DNA from: an uncultured Planctomycetota bacterium
GTDB taxonomy: Bacteria; Planctomycetota; Planctomycetia; Isosphaerales; Isosphaeraceae
Assembly: GCA_963737655.1 (NCBI GenBank)
Contig: CAVTTN010000002.1
Location: forward strand, 3,104,001-3,168,000
Direction of reading: 5' to 3'
Length of the DNA stretch: 64,000 nucleotides
Position 1 is the stretch's first letter. Each line of letters begins with the position of its first letter. Under the pieces are notes generated by a model. That model saw nothing but the letters and a program-made list of their open reading frames with translations, did no database searches and was not told the DNA's origin. Of the stretch, positions 1 to 9,445 are shown one piece after another. The position numbers were made by a program, and so were the translations under genes.

Positions 1-811
1 CGGCATGCTCGCGGATCAGCTCGTTGGTCGTCACCCCGAGCGGCAGCTCCACGCAGACCTGCTTGTTCACATGACCCGAGACGCAGTAGAGCTTCGGCCC
101 GTAGCTCTTGGGCGTGCCCATCGACTTGAACCAGTCGGCGCCTCGCTCGATGATGTGGGGGACGCAGGCCAACGTCTCGACATTGTTCACGACCGTCGGC
201 TTGCGGAAGGCGCCTTCGATGGCGGGGAAAGGCGGCTTGATCCGCGGCCAGCCCCTCTTGCCTTCGAGGCTCTCGATCAGCCCGGTCTCCTCGCCGCAGA
301 TGTACGCCCCGGCCCCCCGGTGGCAGTAGACCTCCAGGTCGAAGCCCGAGCCATAGATGTTCTTGCCCAGGTGCCCGGCGGCGCGGGCCTCGGCGATGGC
401 GCGTTCCATGATGCGGAACGCATGGATGTATTCGAAGCGCAGGTAGACGTAAGCCGTCGTCGCCTTGGTGGCGAAGCAGCCGATCAGGATGCCTTCGAGG
501 AACTGGTGGGGGTCCTTCTCGATCAGCAGGCGGTTGTTGAAGGTGGCCGGCTCGCTCTCGTCGCCGTTGACGCACATGAACGTCTGCGTGCGGTCCCTGG
601 GCAGGAAGCCCCACTTCATCCCGGTGGGGAAGCCGGCGCCGCCCCGGCCGCGAAGCTCGGAATCCTTCACGACCTGGACGACCTTGTCCGGGTCCATCTG
701 CGTGAGCGCCTGGCGGCTCGCCCGATAGCCCCCCCGCGACTCGTACACGGGGAGCGTGTGCGAGTCCGGGACGTTCCAGTTGCGGGTCAGGACGGGTTCG
801 AAGGCGGCCAA
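1..811 (-). CDS. nuoF: NADH-quinone oxidoreductase subunit F (5' part; runs off window edge)
   Basis: Manual translation of the minus strand from TTG at 811: AAFEPVLTRNW...LRGRGGAGFPTGMKW...NGDESEPATF...GAGAYICGEETGLIESLEGKRGWPRIKPPFPA...VVNNVETL; canonical NuoF motifs; downstream of nuoE. Confidence 0.96.
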   Translation of the reverse strand, partial: MAAFEPVLTRNWNVPDSHTLPVYESRGGYRASRQALTQMDPDKVVQVVKDSELRGRGGAGFPTGMKWGFLPRDRTQTFMCVNGDESEPATFNNRLLIEKDPHQFLEGILIGCFATKATTAYVYLRFEYIHAFRIMERAIAEARAAGHLGKNIYGSGFDLEVYCHRGAGAYICGEETGLIESLEGKRGWPRIKPPFPAIEGAFRKPTVVNNVETLACVPHIIERGADWFKSMGTPKSYGPKLYCVSGHVNKQVCVELPLGVTTNELIREHA

Positions 812-868
812 GGCGTCACCCCATGTCGAGATTCGAGTCCTGGGCGGAGGTTACAGGCAGACGGTGGA

Positions 869-1216
869 TTAACCGACCTGGACCTCTCCGAGTTCGTGCT
901 TTCGGATGAGACGGGACGTCTGGTCGTCCTCGAACGCGTCGTGAGGAGGTCCGACGAGGATCCGGCCGGCGGCCTTCAAGTGAGGGATCGCATGGATCAG
1001 GAATCCCATGAGGGCGCCGCTGGCTTCTTCCGTGGTTCGAGCCTGGGGGGACGAAACCACCTGATTCAGTCGGCCGAGGTCGTCGAGCCAGTCGGTCATG
1101 TGGAAGATGAAATCGAAGCGGAGCCGAGCGTAGTCTTGGTCCGAGAGGGTCGCTCGATCGTCGGCATAGGCGTCGTCGAAGACCCGCCCGAGAAGCGTCG
1201 CATAGGGATCATCCAT
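869..1216 (-). CDS. Small acidic hypothetical protein (115 aa) inserted in nuo operon; candidate immunity/antitoxin
   Basis: ORF MDDPYATLLGRVFDD...FIFHMTDWLDDL; its ATG (1214-1216) overlaps the end of the upstream 80-aa ORF, suggesting translational coupling. Confidence 0.7.
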   Translation of the reverse strand: MDDPYATLLGRVFDDAYADDRATLSDQDYARLRFDFIFHMTDWLDDLGRLNQVVSSPQARTTEEASGALMGFLIHAIPHLKAAGRILVGPPHDAFEDDQTSRLIRKHELGEVQVG

Positions 1217-1451
1217 CGTCCACTCCCGCGTCTCGTTCCCATTGCCCGATCCGGTCGATCCACATCTGCCCGGTCCGCCTCCCGACGAGTCTCGACAGCT
1301 CACGCATCCCGCCGAGAAAGGCCTTTAACTCGCCCCTCCAGTGATCGGACGCGGGATGGGTCGGGTCGGCGGCGAGCTTTTCCAGGTGCCTCTCTACTTC
1401 CCCAACGAGTTCCTCGATGCCATCCAGTGCCCTCTTTCGACCGATTCCCAT
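1209..1451 (-). CDS. Small helical hypothetical protein (80 aa) inserted in nuo operon; candidate toxin-like domain
   Basis: ORF MGIGRKRALDGIEELVGEVERHLEKL...DHWRGELKAF starts 9 nt after the nuoE stop, same strand. Confidence 0.65.
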   Translation of the reverse strand: MGIGRKRALDGIEELVGEVERHLEKLAADPTHPASDHWRGELKAFLGGMRELSRLVGRRTGQMWIDRIGQWERDAGVDDG

Positions 1452-1460
1452 CAGAGATGC

Positions 1461-2075
1461 CTAGATCTTCTCATCCCGGGTTGTCACGTCCGGCCCGGAG
1501 GCCGCCGGCGGGGCGCCCGCGTGGGGGCCGGAGACGATCGGGCCGATCGTGTCGTCGGCGATCGGCCCCTTGCGGAGCTCGACGATCATGGCATCGACCT
1601 TGTCCTCGGTCAACGGGCCGAAGATCCGGCCGTCGTCGGCGAGGGCGGCCGGCGCGAAGTCGCAGATCCCCAGGCATTCGGCGAACTCGACGGTGATCTT
1701 GCCGTCCTTGGTGGTCTGGCCCGAGGTGATCCCCAGGTGCTGGCAGGCGTGGGCGAGCATCTCCTCGCCCCCGGTCAGCATGCAGGAGATCGACCGGCAG
1801 ATCCAGACGCGGACGTCGCCCAGGGGCGCCTGCGGGAAGAACCCGTAGAAGCTCATCGTGTCGTGGACTTCGGCCGGCGAGATCTCCAGGATCTCGGCGA
1901 TCTCGGCCATCGCCCCGTACGGCACGCAGCGGAAGTGCTCGTGGACGATGTGGAGGGCCGGGAGGGTCACGGCCTTCTTGTCCGGGTAGCGGGGGATGTA
2001 CGCGCGGATCTTCTCCCGAATCGGCTCGGAGAGGAACGGCAGCCTGGTCGGGGCGCTCAAGGCTTCGGCGGGCAT
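1461..2075 (-). CDS. nuoE: NADH-quinone oxidoreductase subunit E (2Fe-2S)
   Basis: CRSISC...ECLGICDFAP 2Fe-2S motifs; position after nuoD. Confidence 0.95.
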   Translation of the reverse strand: MPAEALSAPTRLPFLSEPIREKIRAYIPRYPDKKAVTLPALHIVHEHFRCVPYGAMAEIAEILEISPAEVHDTMSFYGFFPQAPLGDVRVWICRSISCMLTGGEEMLAHACQHLGITSGQTTKDGKITVEFAECLGICDFAPAALADDGRIFGPLTEDKVDAMIVELRKGPIADDTIGPIVSGPHAGAPPAASGPDVTTRDEKI

Positions 2076-2097
2076 CTCGGTCGGGTCCTCCCCTGCC

Positions 2098-3324
2098 TCA
2101 GCGGTCGAGTTCGGCGGCGATCACGTTCAGGCTCCCGAGCACCGCCACGATGTCGGCGATCAGGTGGTCCTGGATCAAGTACGGGAAGACGCTGAAGTGG
2201 ATGAACGACGGCGGTCGCGTCCGGGTCCGCCAGCCGGTCTGGCTGCCGTCGGTCACGAGGTAGTAGCCGAGCTCGCCGTTGGGCGACTCGACGGCCGCGT
2301 AGATCTCGTCCTTGGGCGACTCCATCCCCCGGTTGGGCATGATCAGCTCGAAGTGCTGGATCAGCCCCTCCATGCTGTTGTACGCGGTCGCCTTGTCGGG
2401 CAGGGGGAACTTCTCGGCGATCGGCACGTTGACCGGGCCGCCGGGGAGTTTGGCCATCGCCTGCTGGATGATCCGATAGCTCTGGTTCATCTCCTCCATG
2501 CGGACCTGGAAGCGGGCGTAGCAATCCCCCTCGGTCGCATAGGGCACGTCGAACTCGAAGTCGGGGTAGGCCAGGTACGGCTTGTCCTTGCGGAGGTCGT
2601 ACAGGACGCCGCTGGCCCGGGCGATCGGCCCGGTGCACGAATAATTCAACGCCTCGGCCTTCGGCAGGACGCCCACGCCCCTCATCCGGTCGAGGAAGAT
2701 CCGGTTGCGGAACAGGAGCTTCTCCATGTCCTTCAAGGCCAGCGGCAGGCTCTCCATGAGCTTGCGGATGCGGCCGAGGACCTTGTCCGTGAAGTCGTAC
2801 AGGACGCCGCCGACCCGCGTGTAGCCCGGGTGGAAGCGGTAGCCGGACATCTCCTCATACACGTCGTAGATCAATTCTCGCTGATTGAAGGCGTAGAGGA
2901 ACGCGGTGAACGCCCCCAGGTCCAGGGCGGCGGCCCCGGTGCAGAGCAGGTGGTCGCTGATCCTCGACAATTCGCCGATGATCACGCGAATATACTTGCA
3001 CCGTTCGGTCAGCTCGATCCCCAGCAGGGTCTCGACGGCGTTGTGCCAGGCGATCTCGTTGTACGGCGGGCTGATGTAGTTCTTGCGGTCGGCGATCGTC
3101 ACGTACTGGTTGAAATTCAGGTGCTCGCCGAGCTTCTCGAAGCCGGAATGGAGGTAGCCGATGTGCGGCGTGGCCTTGACGATCCGCTCGCCATCGAGCT
3201 CCAGGATGATGCGCAGGGTGGTGTGGGTCGCCGGGTGCTGCGGCCCGAAGTTCAGGGTCCAGTGGTATTCCTTGTCGCCCGGGGGAGCGTCGAGTTCGGG
3301 CTCGTCGAGCAGGTTGACCGGCAT
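2098..3324 (-). CDS. nuoD: NADH-quinone oxidoreductase subunit D
   Basis: NFGPQHPATH, IGYLHSGFEK, ESPNGELG, C-terminal ELDR. Confidence 0.97.
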   Translation of the reverse strand: MPVNLLDEPELDAPPGDKEYHWTLNFGPQHPATHTTLRIILELDGERIVKATPHIGYLHSGFEKLGEHLNFNQYVTIADRKNYISPPYNEIAWHNAVETLLGIELTERCKYIRVIIGELSRISDHLLCTGAAALDLGAFTAFLYAFNQRELIYDVYEEMSGYRFHPGYTRVGGVLYDFTDKVLGRIRKLMESLPLALKDMEKLLFRNRIFLDRMRGVGVLPKAEALNYSCTGPIARASGVLYDLRKDKPYLAYPDFEFDVPYATEGDCYARFQVRMEEMNQSYRIIQQAMAKLPGGPVNVPIAEKFPLPDKATAYNSMEGLIQHFELIMPNRGMESPKDEIYAAVESPNGELGYYLVTDGSQTGWRTRTRPPSFIHFSVFPYLIQDHLIADIVAVLGSLNVIAAELDR

Positions 3325-3369
3325 CGTGAAGCTCTCGATTCGGACAGGGGCGGGCCAGGGGCGGTGCGA

Positions 3370-3891
3370 TCAGGACTCGCCTCGGGTGATCCTCGGGAAG
3401 TTGTGCCGCTCGCCCCGACCCCGGAGCGGATAATCCTTGCGGAGAGGGAACGCCGTGAACTCATCGGGCATGAGGATCCGGCGGAGGTCGGGATGCCCGT
3501 CGAACTTGATCCCGTACATGTCGAAGACCTCCCTCTCCATCCAGTCGGCCCCCATCCACAGGGAGACGACCGAGGGAAGCGTCGGCTCGGGGTCGTCCAC
3601 GCCGGCCTTGACCACGAGCATCTCGTCGGTGTCGAGGTTGCGAACGACGTAATGGACCTCGAACCGGGCGCCGGTCCGCCCGGGATATTTGAGGTAATCC
3701 GTGGCGCCGAGCTCGGCCAGGAGGGCGAACCCGCGACCCTTCAGGGCTTCCAGCGCCGCGAACAACCGACCGGGCGGGACGGTCACCCGGACGTTGTCCC
3801 GGAACGTGGCGGTCGCGAAGCCATCGCCGACGACGGCGCGGAGGGCGTCCACGGTCGTCGGGCCAGGGTCGGCGGCGGTCCCGGTGCTCAT
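3370..3891 (-). CDS. nuoC: NADH-quinone oxidoreductase subunit C
   Basis: WMEREVFDMYGIKFDGHPDLRRILMP...PLRKDYPL signature. Confidence 0.96.
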   Translation of the reverse strand: MSTGTAADPGPTTVDALRAVVGDGFATATFRDNVRVTVPPGRLFAALEALKGRGFALLAELGATDYLKYPGRTGARFEVHYVVRNLDTDEMLVVKAGVDDPEPTLPSVVSLWMGADWMEREVFDMYGIKFDGHPDLRRILMPDEFTAFPLRKDYPLRGRGERHNFPRITRGES

Positions 3892-3933
3892 CTCGGATCG
3901 GGCCTCGAAGGTTCGTCTCTCTGGATCCCGGGC

Positions 3934-4668
3934 CTACTTCGTGTCGCCGGCGCCCAGGGACGCGGCGCCCCCGGGCAGGCGATAGCCGAAGCGGTCCTCG
4001 TCGGCCCGTTCGCCGGTCAGGGCGAAGCCGGGCCTGAGCCTCTGCTCCTGGAGCATCTTCTCGCGTTCGCCCAGCTCGGGCAGGCCGGTCCCGGCGATCG
4101 TCCCGCCGGCCTGCACCTTGTCCTGCATGTCCATCAGGGCCCGGAGGATCTGCTCGGGCCGCGGCGGGCAGCCGGGGATGTAGACATCGACCGGGATGAA
4201 CCGATCCACGCCCTGGACCACGGCATACGTGTCGAACACGCCGCCCGTGCAGGCGCAGGCCCCCATGCTGATCGACCATTTCGGCTCGGGCATCTGGAGC
4301 CAGATCCGCTGGAGGACCGGCATCATCTTCATCGACACCCGCCCGGCCACGATCAACAGGTCGCATTGCCGGGGGCTGAACCGCATGACCTCCGCGCCGA
4401 ACCGGGCGATGTCGAACCGGCTGGCGCCCACGGCCATGAGCTCGATCCCGCAGCAGGCGGTGGCGAACGGCATGGGCCAGAGGCTGAATTTCCGCCCGGC
4501 GTTGACGATCGGGTTGGCCCCCAGCTTCTCCGCCATGCCGTTGATGAACGTCGAGAGCTTGGTGACGATGGTGTTTTCCGGGACCTCGACCCCCCCGGGC
4601 AACAGGCCGGACTTGGCCGGGCCGTTGGTGAGGATCGCCGGGCCGGGGGTTCCGGGTGTTATCGCCAT
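3934..4668 (-). CDS. nuoB: NADH-quinone oxidoreductase subunit B
   Basis: [26 protein letters not shown]. Confidence 0.97.
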   Translation of the reverse strand: MAITPGTPGPAILTNGPAKSGLLPGGVEVPENTIVTKLSTFINGMAEKLGANPIVNAGRKFSLWPMPFATACCGIELMAVGASRFDIARFGAEVMRFSPRQCDLLIVAGRVSMKMMPVLQRIWLQMPEPKWSISMGACACTGGVFDTYAVVQGVDRFIPVDVYIPGCPPRPEQILRALMDMQDKVQAGGTIAGTGLPELGEREKMLQEQRLRPGFALTGERADEDRFGYRLPGGAASLGAGDTK

Positions 4669-5087
4669 TCAAAAACCCCCTTCTTCCACGCGTATGCGAA
4701 CGCCGCCGTGAGGACCGCGACGAACACCAGGATCTCGCCGAAGACCAGCCCGCGGAACTCGACCGGGATGCCGATCCCCAGGACCGGGGCCGAGGCGGAC
4801 GGGACGCCTCCGGCGGGGGCGTCGGCGCTCCACTGGGCCACGGCCCAGGGATAGAGGAACAGGAGCTCGACGTCGAAGAGCAGGAAGACGATCGCCACGA
4901 GGTAATAGCGGACGTCGAACCGCTGGCGGGCGTCGCCGATCGGGTCCATGCCCGACTCATACGGCATCTGCTTGACGGCCGTCTTCTTCCTCGGGCCGAC
5001 CAGGGCCGTGCCGATCATCCCCACGGCGACGGAGATCGCCACGAGGATGAACAGGAAGATCGGCGTGAACTCGCTACCGCTGCCCAT
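4659..5087 (-). CDS. nuoA: NADH-quinone oxidoreductase subunit A
   Basis: [32 protein letters not shown]; 3 TM segments; start set at ATG 5087. Confidence 0.95.
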   Translation of the reverse strand: MGSGSEFTPIFLFILVAISVAVGMIGTALVGPRKKTAVKQMPYESGMDPIGDARQRFDVRYYLVAIVFLLFDVELLFLYPWAVAQWSADAPAGGVPSASAPVLGIGIPVEFRGLVFGEILVFVAVLTAAFAYAWKKGVFEWR

Positions 5088-5121
5088 GTCTGGTCGCGCC
5101 CCTGGGGGCCGGCGGGTGGCC

Positions 5122-5139
5122 TTGTGAAGTGTTTCACAA
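5122..5139. promoter_or_regulatory. Rex-type operator TTGTGAA-N4-TTCACAA upstream of nuoA
   Basis: TTGTGAAGTGTTTCACAA, a perfect match to the Rex consensus (also contains a CRP-family TGTGA-N6-TCACA core), about 35 nt upstream of the nuoA ATG. Confidence 0.75.
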
Positions 5140-5148
5140 AGTCGTCCC

Positions 5149-5173
5149 AAAAAAAACCCAGCGGATCGCCGGG
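5149..5173 (-). terminator. Intrinsic terminator-like hairpin with T8 tail
   Basis: Minus strand CCCGGCG-ATC-CGCTGGG followed by TTTTTTTT. Confidence 0.45.
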
Positions 5174-5190
5174 CTGCCCTCGCCGCGGAT

Positions 5191-5219
5191 ACCATAGCCG
5201 CGGCGAGGGCCCGATGCAA
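5191..5219 (-). promoter_or_regulatory. Putative sigma70 promoter for nuo operon
   Basis: Minus strand TTGCAT-N17-TATGGT. Confidence 0.45.
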
Positions 5220-5276
5220 GAGACTGGTGGATCGAGGCCGCCGGATTGGCCGCCGGCCCGTCCCGCTCCCCTCATC

Positions 5277-6164
5277 TCAGCGCGGGGGGGCCGGGGGAAT
5301 CGCCGAGCCGCCGGAGGTCGGGGCGGCGGAGCTGGCCCGCCTCTGGTCGAATTCCCGAGACCTTTGGAGGGTCCGCTCCGGCGTGCTGGTCCCGGTCCGC
5401 GATCGCGTCGTGGGCAGCGTAGGGGGCGGAGGGATCGCCCCGCCGCGGCCGGCCGGGGTCGTCGAGCGGGCCGGCTTCGTCGAATCGGCCGACGGCAGGG
5501 CCGGGGCGCGGGGGGCGGTCGTGTTCGCGCGGGCCTGGGAGGCCCGGCTCGGCAGGTTGCCGGTCCGCCGGCCGGTCCAGGTCGAGGCCCGCGACGTACT
5601 CCCGGGCAGGGCGGGCGCCGGAGGGATCGAGCGGGTCGAACCGGTCAGGGGACGTCGGACCGACAGGCTCACGTCCCGGTTCTTGGCCCGGGCCTCGACT
5701 TCCAGCTTGCGGATCAGCTCGTCCCTCTTCTTCGGGTCGGTCTCTTTCCGGGCCTCTTCCAGCTTGCGTTCGAGGTCGAGCCGATCGCGGTAGTATTTCT
5801 CGTCGGCGTCTCCGTTGGTGACCGGGCCGCGATCCTGGGTCTGGAACGCGGCGTCGTATCGGCCGCCCCGTCCTCCGCGGGTCGGCGGGGCGAACAGGTC
5901 GCCGGGATCGGCCGGATCGCCGTTTTCCAGGTAGCGCTGGAACTGGTTCACGCCCGAGAGGCCGTTGCCGTACCGGACCGCGTTGGGCAACGACGGATTG
6001 TTGCCGGCCCCCGGGAATGCGAAGGAGCGATAGGGGGCGGAGTACGGGTCGAAACCGGGCGGTTCGGTCGTCTGCTGGGCCTGGGCGGTGCCGATCAGGG
6101 CCGCCGAGCCCGCCAGGACTGCCGCCACGGCCGTCCGACAGAACCAGGGCTGGAGACTCCCCAT
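5277..6164 (-). CDS. Secreted hypothetical protein with Pro/Thr/Arg-rich disordered tail
   Basis: Signal peptide (AVAAVLAGSAALIGTAQA), short coiled coil, low-complexity C-terminus. Confidence 0.7.
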   Translation of the reverse strand: MGSLQPWFCRTAVAAVLAGSAALIGTAQAQQTTEPPGFDPYSAPYRSFAFPGAGNNPSLPNAVRYGNGLSGVNQFQRYLENGDPADPGDLFAPPTRGGRGGRYDAAFQTQDRGPVTNGDADEKYYRDRLDLERKLEEARKETDPKKRDELIRKLEVEARAKNRDVSLSVRRPLTGSTRSIPPAPALPGSTSRASTWTGRRTGNLPSRASQARANTTAPRAPALPSADSTKPARSTTPAGRGGAIPPPPTLPTTRSRTGTSTPERTLQRSREFDQRRASSAAPTSGGSAIPPAPPR

Positions 6165-6544
6165 CGTTCCGCTCCTTCCTTCCTCGGGTCACGGGCCGAA
6201 AGTCGTTCGGTTTCCCAGAGAAGAACAGGCAAACCCGATACCAGGCCATCGACGAGATCGAGGCCAGCGATCGCGGGCCGGAGGATCGCTTCGGAGCCGG
6301 TCAAGCCCCGCCCAATCACCGGTCCGGCGACCGGGCGGAATCCCACGTTGTAGTGTACCACATCGCTCGATCCCCCCGCCACGACCTGGAAGCCGCAACT
6401 TTGGACTTCGGAATTTCCCCGTCTACCGAGTGGCCATCGGCCTCGGATGGGATATGATGGGGGACGCGACGGCCCGGAGCCGCCTCCGCCCTCTCGACGG
6501 GTCGGACGGCGTGGGTCCGGGCGGACGGCTCGGGGGACTCCACG

Positions 6545-7920
6545 ATGTCTTGGGCACTCCTCGGCTTGGTCCTCGGGCTGGGAACCGGCGATCCGAACGA
6601 CCCGGCCAGGCTGGTTTACCAGCTGGCGCGGGCAAGTACGCCGATCGCGAGGCCGCCTCCCGCGCCCTGGAGCGGATCGGCGGAGAGGCCCTGCCGGCCC
6701 TGAAGACCGCCCGGGCCTCGCGGGACCCCGAGATCCGATCCCGGGCGACCGAGCTCGTCGAGATGATCGAAAATGACCTGATGGTCCGCCCCACCCTGGT
6801 TCGCCTGGAAGGCGGGGAGCGTCGGCTCTCCGATCTCCTGAAGGACCTGGGCGACCGCTCGGGGATCGTCCTGAGCGCCCCGCCCGAGCTCGGATCGCTC
6901 GCCGTGACCCCGGCGAACCCGGGCGAGCCGATGCCGTTCTGGACGGCCCTGGATGCCGCGTGCCGGGCCGGCGGGGTCCAGTTCGTCGGCAACGCCCCGG
7001 GCCTGTCGGTCTCGCCCTCCGGGGTCCGGACGATGGTCCTTCCCCTGTATCGGACGGTCCCGGGCTCACCTTCGGCGCCCTCGCAGACCTCGGGTCCGTT
7101 CCGCGTGACCCTCCTGAATCTGTCCTATCACAAGTCGCGGTCCTTCGGCGGGACCGTCGAGATGCCCCAGGCCCAGGGCGGCATCGTCCGCGGTCTCGAA
7201 CCCGGGGCCGTCGGCACCGAGCAATTCCAGGCCACTTTCCAGGTCCTGGCCGAGCCGAGGATGGCCATCGCCCTGGCCGGTCCCTCCGTCCGCCTGATCG
7301 ACGCGATCGACGACAAGGGGCAGTCCCTCCAGGTCCCCATCGCGGGCAACACGATCCAAAATCCGTCCGGCTACATGGGTTACGATGTCTTCGGCGGACT
7401 GTCGCTCCAGGTTCAGGCGACTCTCCACTATCCCGACGCCCCGGGCCGAACGATCCGCCGCCTGAAAGGCACGATCCCCCTGATCGTCTCCTCGCGGAAA
7501 GACGATCCCCTGGTGATCCCCCTGGCCGAGCCCACGGGCCGGACCTATCGTCAGGGCGACATGAGCCTGACGGTCCACGAGGTCAAGCCCGAGCCGTCCT
7601 TCCCCGGGCAGACCAATATTGACCTGACCGTCCGCTCCATGGCCCCCTCCAACGGCAATCAGGGGATGTTCAACCAGGAATTCCAGGCGTTCCGAGGCCC
7701 CGGCCAGCCGCAGAGCCAGTTCGAGATCGTCGATGGCCGAGGTCGGCCGATCGCCCAGTGGTACGTGACCAGCCAGACCTACGGCCCGGAAGGGCTCCGG
7801 ATGACGATCCGCGCGACTTCTCAGGAAAAAGCGGGATCGCCGGCCCAGATCCGGTATTATGAACTGGCTCGGGCGACCACCGAGGCGGAATTCGATTTCA
7901 ACGATGTGCCGATGCCCTGA
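6545..7920 (+). CDS. Secreted hypothetical protein with N-terminal HEAT-like helices (frameshift near 6625)
   Basis: MSWALLGLVLGLGTGDPNDPARLVYQL from ATG 6545 joins AGKYADREAASRALE in another frame; colinear with the downstream paralog (QLGSNRYADREAASRALE). Confidence 0.75.
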
Positions 7921-7996
7921 GCGGCGGCCTCGGGTCGGCCCGATGGACACGCCAAGAACACCTTGAGTATCGGACCCGGGACTCGGAGGCGAGGCG

Positions 7997-9364
7997 ATGA
8001 CCTGGATGCCCGTCGGACTGGCGGCGTGGGCCGCGATCGGCCTGGCGACCGGCCCCGAGGTCGAGTCGCTGATCGGCCAGCTCGGCTCGAACCGCTACGC
8101 CGATCGCGAGGCGGCGTCTCGGGCCCTGGAGGGCCTGGGGCCCCGCGCCTTCCCCGCCCTCAAGGCCGCTCGGTCGGACCGCGACCCCGAGGTCAAGAGC
8201 CGGGCCGAGGCCCTCCTGGACCTCATCGAGCGATCGCTCCTGACCCGCCCGGCCAGCATCCCGCTCGACGGCCGCGCCACGACCTTCGGGGCCGTGATCG
8301 ACGCCATCGGCGATGCCGAAGGCGTCTCCATCGGCCTGGGCGAAGGGGTGGACGGCCGCAAGACCTCGCCCCTCTCCGGCCGGGGCCACGCCCAGGTCGT
8401 CACGTTCTGGCAGGCGATGGACCGTCTGGCGCTGACCCCCGTCTGGGAGGCCGAGGCCGAATTCGGCCGGCCGAGCTTCCGCAGGACCACGACGCTCAAG
8501 GTCATCCCCCGAGCCCTGCCCGCCCCCATCACGTCCGACTCCGGGCCGTTCCGCACCTCGGTCCAGACCCTGGTCTACGCGCCCGAGATCGCCGCGTTCG
8601 ACGGATTCCCCCGCCCGGCCGGCGAGGCCGCGGCGAGGCGAGGCCCCCGGGAAATGGACCTGGTCGTCCAGCTCGAGGTCTCCGCCGAACCCCGCCTGTC
8701 GCTCCGCCCGGCCGGATCCATCAAGCTCTTCGAGGCCACCGACGACCGCGGCCAGGCCCTCAACCTCTCCTCCCGAGGGCCGGGCGCGGCGGATAACCTC
8801 GTCCCGGGCGCCGAACAGTCCGTGCCGACCCTCCAGCAACTCCTCCGCCTGAAGCCCCCGGCCCGGGTCGGCATGACCCTGAAGCGGCTCCGGGGCGCGA
8901 TCCCGGTCCAGGTCGAGGCCCGCCGCATCGATCCGACCGTCATCCCCCTGTCCAACGCGGCGACCGCCGAGAAGAGGCCGGTCAATTGCGGGGGCGTGAT
9001 CCTCACCGTCCACGCCCTCCTGCCCCAGACCCGCCGGTTCTCCGGCGGCTATCAGATCGACATGACCATCCGCACCGAGGGATGGGTCGGCCCCCAGGGC
9101 CGCTTCGGCCAGAGGCGGCAGTGGGAGTGGATGAATAGCGAAGGCGAACGGGTCTGGCAGAACCTGGAGATCGTCGACGCCCAGGGCCGGACCCTCCGAG
9201 CCGGCCCGTCCCGGCCCGTCGCCTCGGACAACGAGGGGGTCCGCGTCCTCCTGGACGTGACCGCCGGGGACGACAACCAGCCCCCCGCCGAGATCCGCTA
9301 CTACGGAATGATCCGGACCAACCTCGACATCCCGTTCGATTTCGCCGACCTCAAGCTCCCGTAA
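7997..9364 (+). CDS. Secreted hypothetical protein, tandem paralog of the upstream gene
   Basis: Signal peptide, YADREAASRAL...DPEVKSRA, SGPFR, AEPRL, ATDDRGQ, IRYY...FDFADLKLP shared with 6545..7920. Confidence 0.8.
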   Translation: MTWMPVGLAAWAAIGLATGPEVESLIGQLGSNRYADREAASRALEGLGPRAFPALKAARSDRDPEVKSRAEALLDLIERSLLTRPASIPLDGRATTFGAVIDAIGDAEGVSIGLGEGVDGRKTSPLSGRGHAQVVTFWQAMDRLALTPVWEAEAEFGRPSFRRTTTLKVIPRALPAPITSDSGPFRTSVQTLVYAPEIAAFDGFPRPAGEAAARRGPREMDLVVQLEVSAEPRLSLRPAGSIKLFEATDDRGQALNLSSRGPGAADNLVPGAEQSVPTLQQLLRLKPPARVGMTLKRLRGAIPVQVEARRIDPTVIPLSNAATAEKRPVNCGGVILTVHALLPQTRRFSGGYQIDMTIRTEGWVGPQGRFGQRRQWEWMNSEGERVWQNLEIVDAQGRTLRAGPSRPVASDNEGVRVLLDVTAGDDNQPPAEIRYYGMIRTNLDIPFDFADLKLP

Positions 9365-9445
9365 TGGGCCTCGCACGCGCCCAGGGCGGATCGCGGCCCG
9401 TCCTCCTCGACGAGCGGGTCGGGCAGGCCCCACAGCCTGCCGGCC

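Noticed and set aside
5..4854. Long plus-strand ORFs (563 aa, 952 aa) and the many similar long antisense ORFs across the window
   Set aside because: Shadow frames of real genes (here nuo) caused by high GC and scarce stop codons; no recognisable motifs
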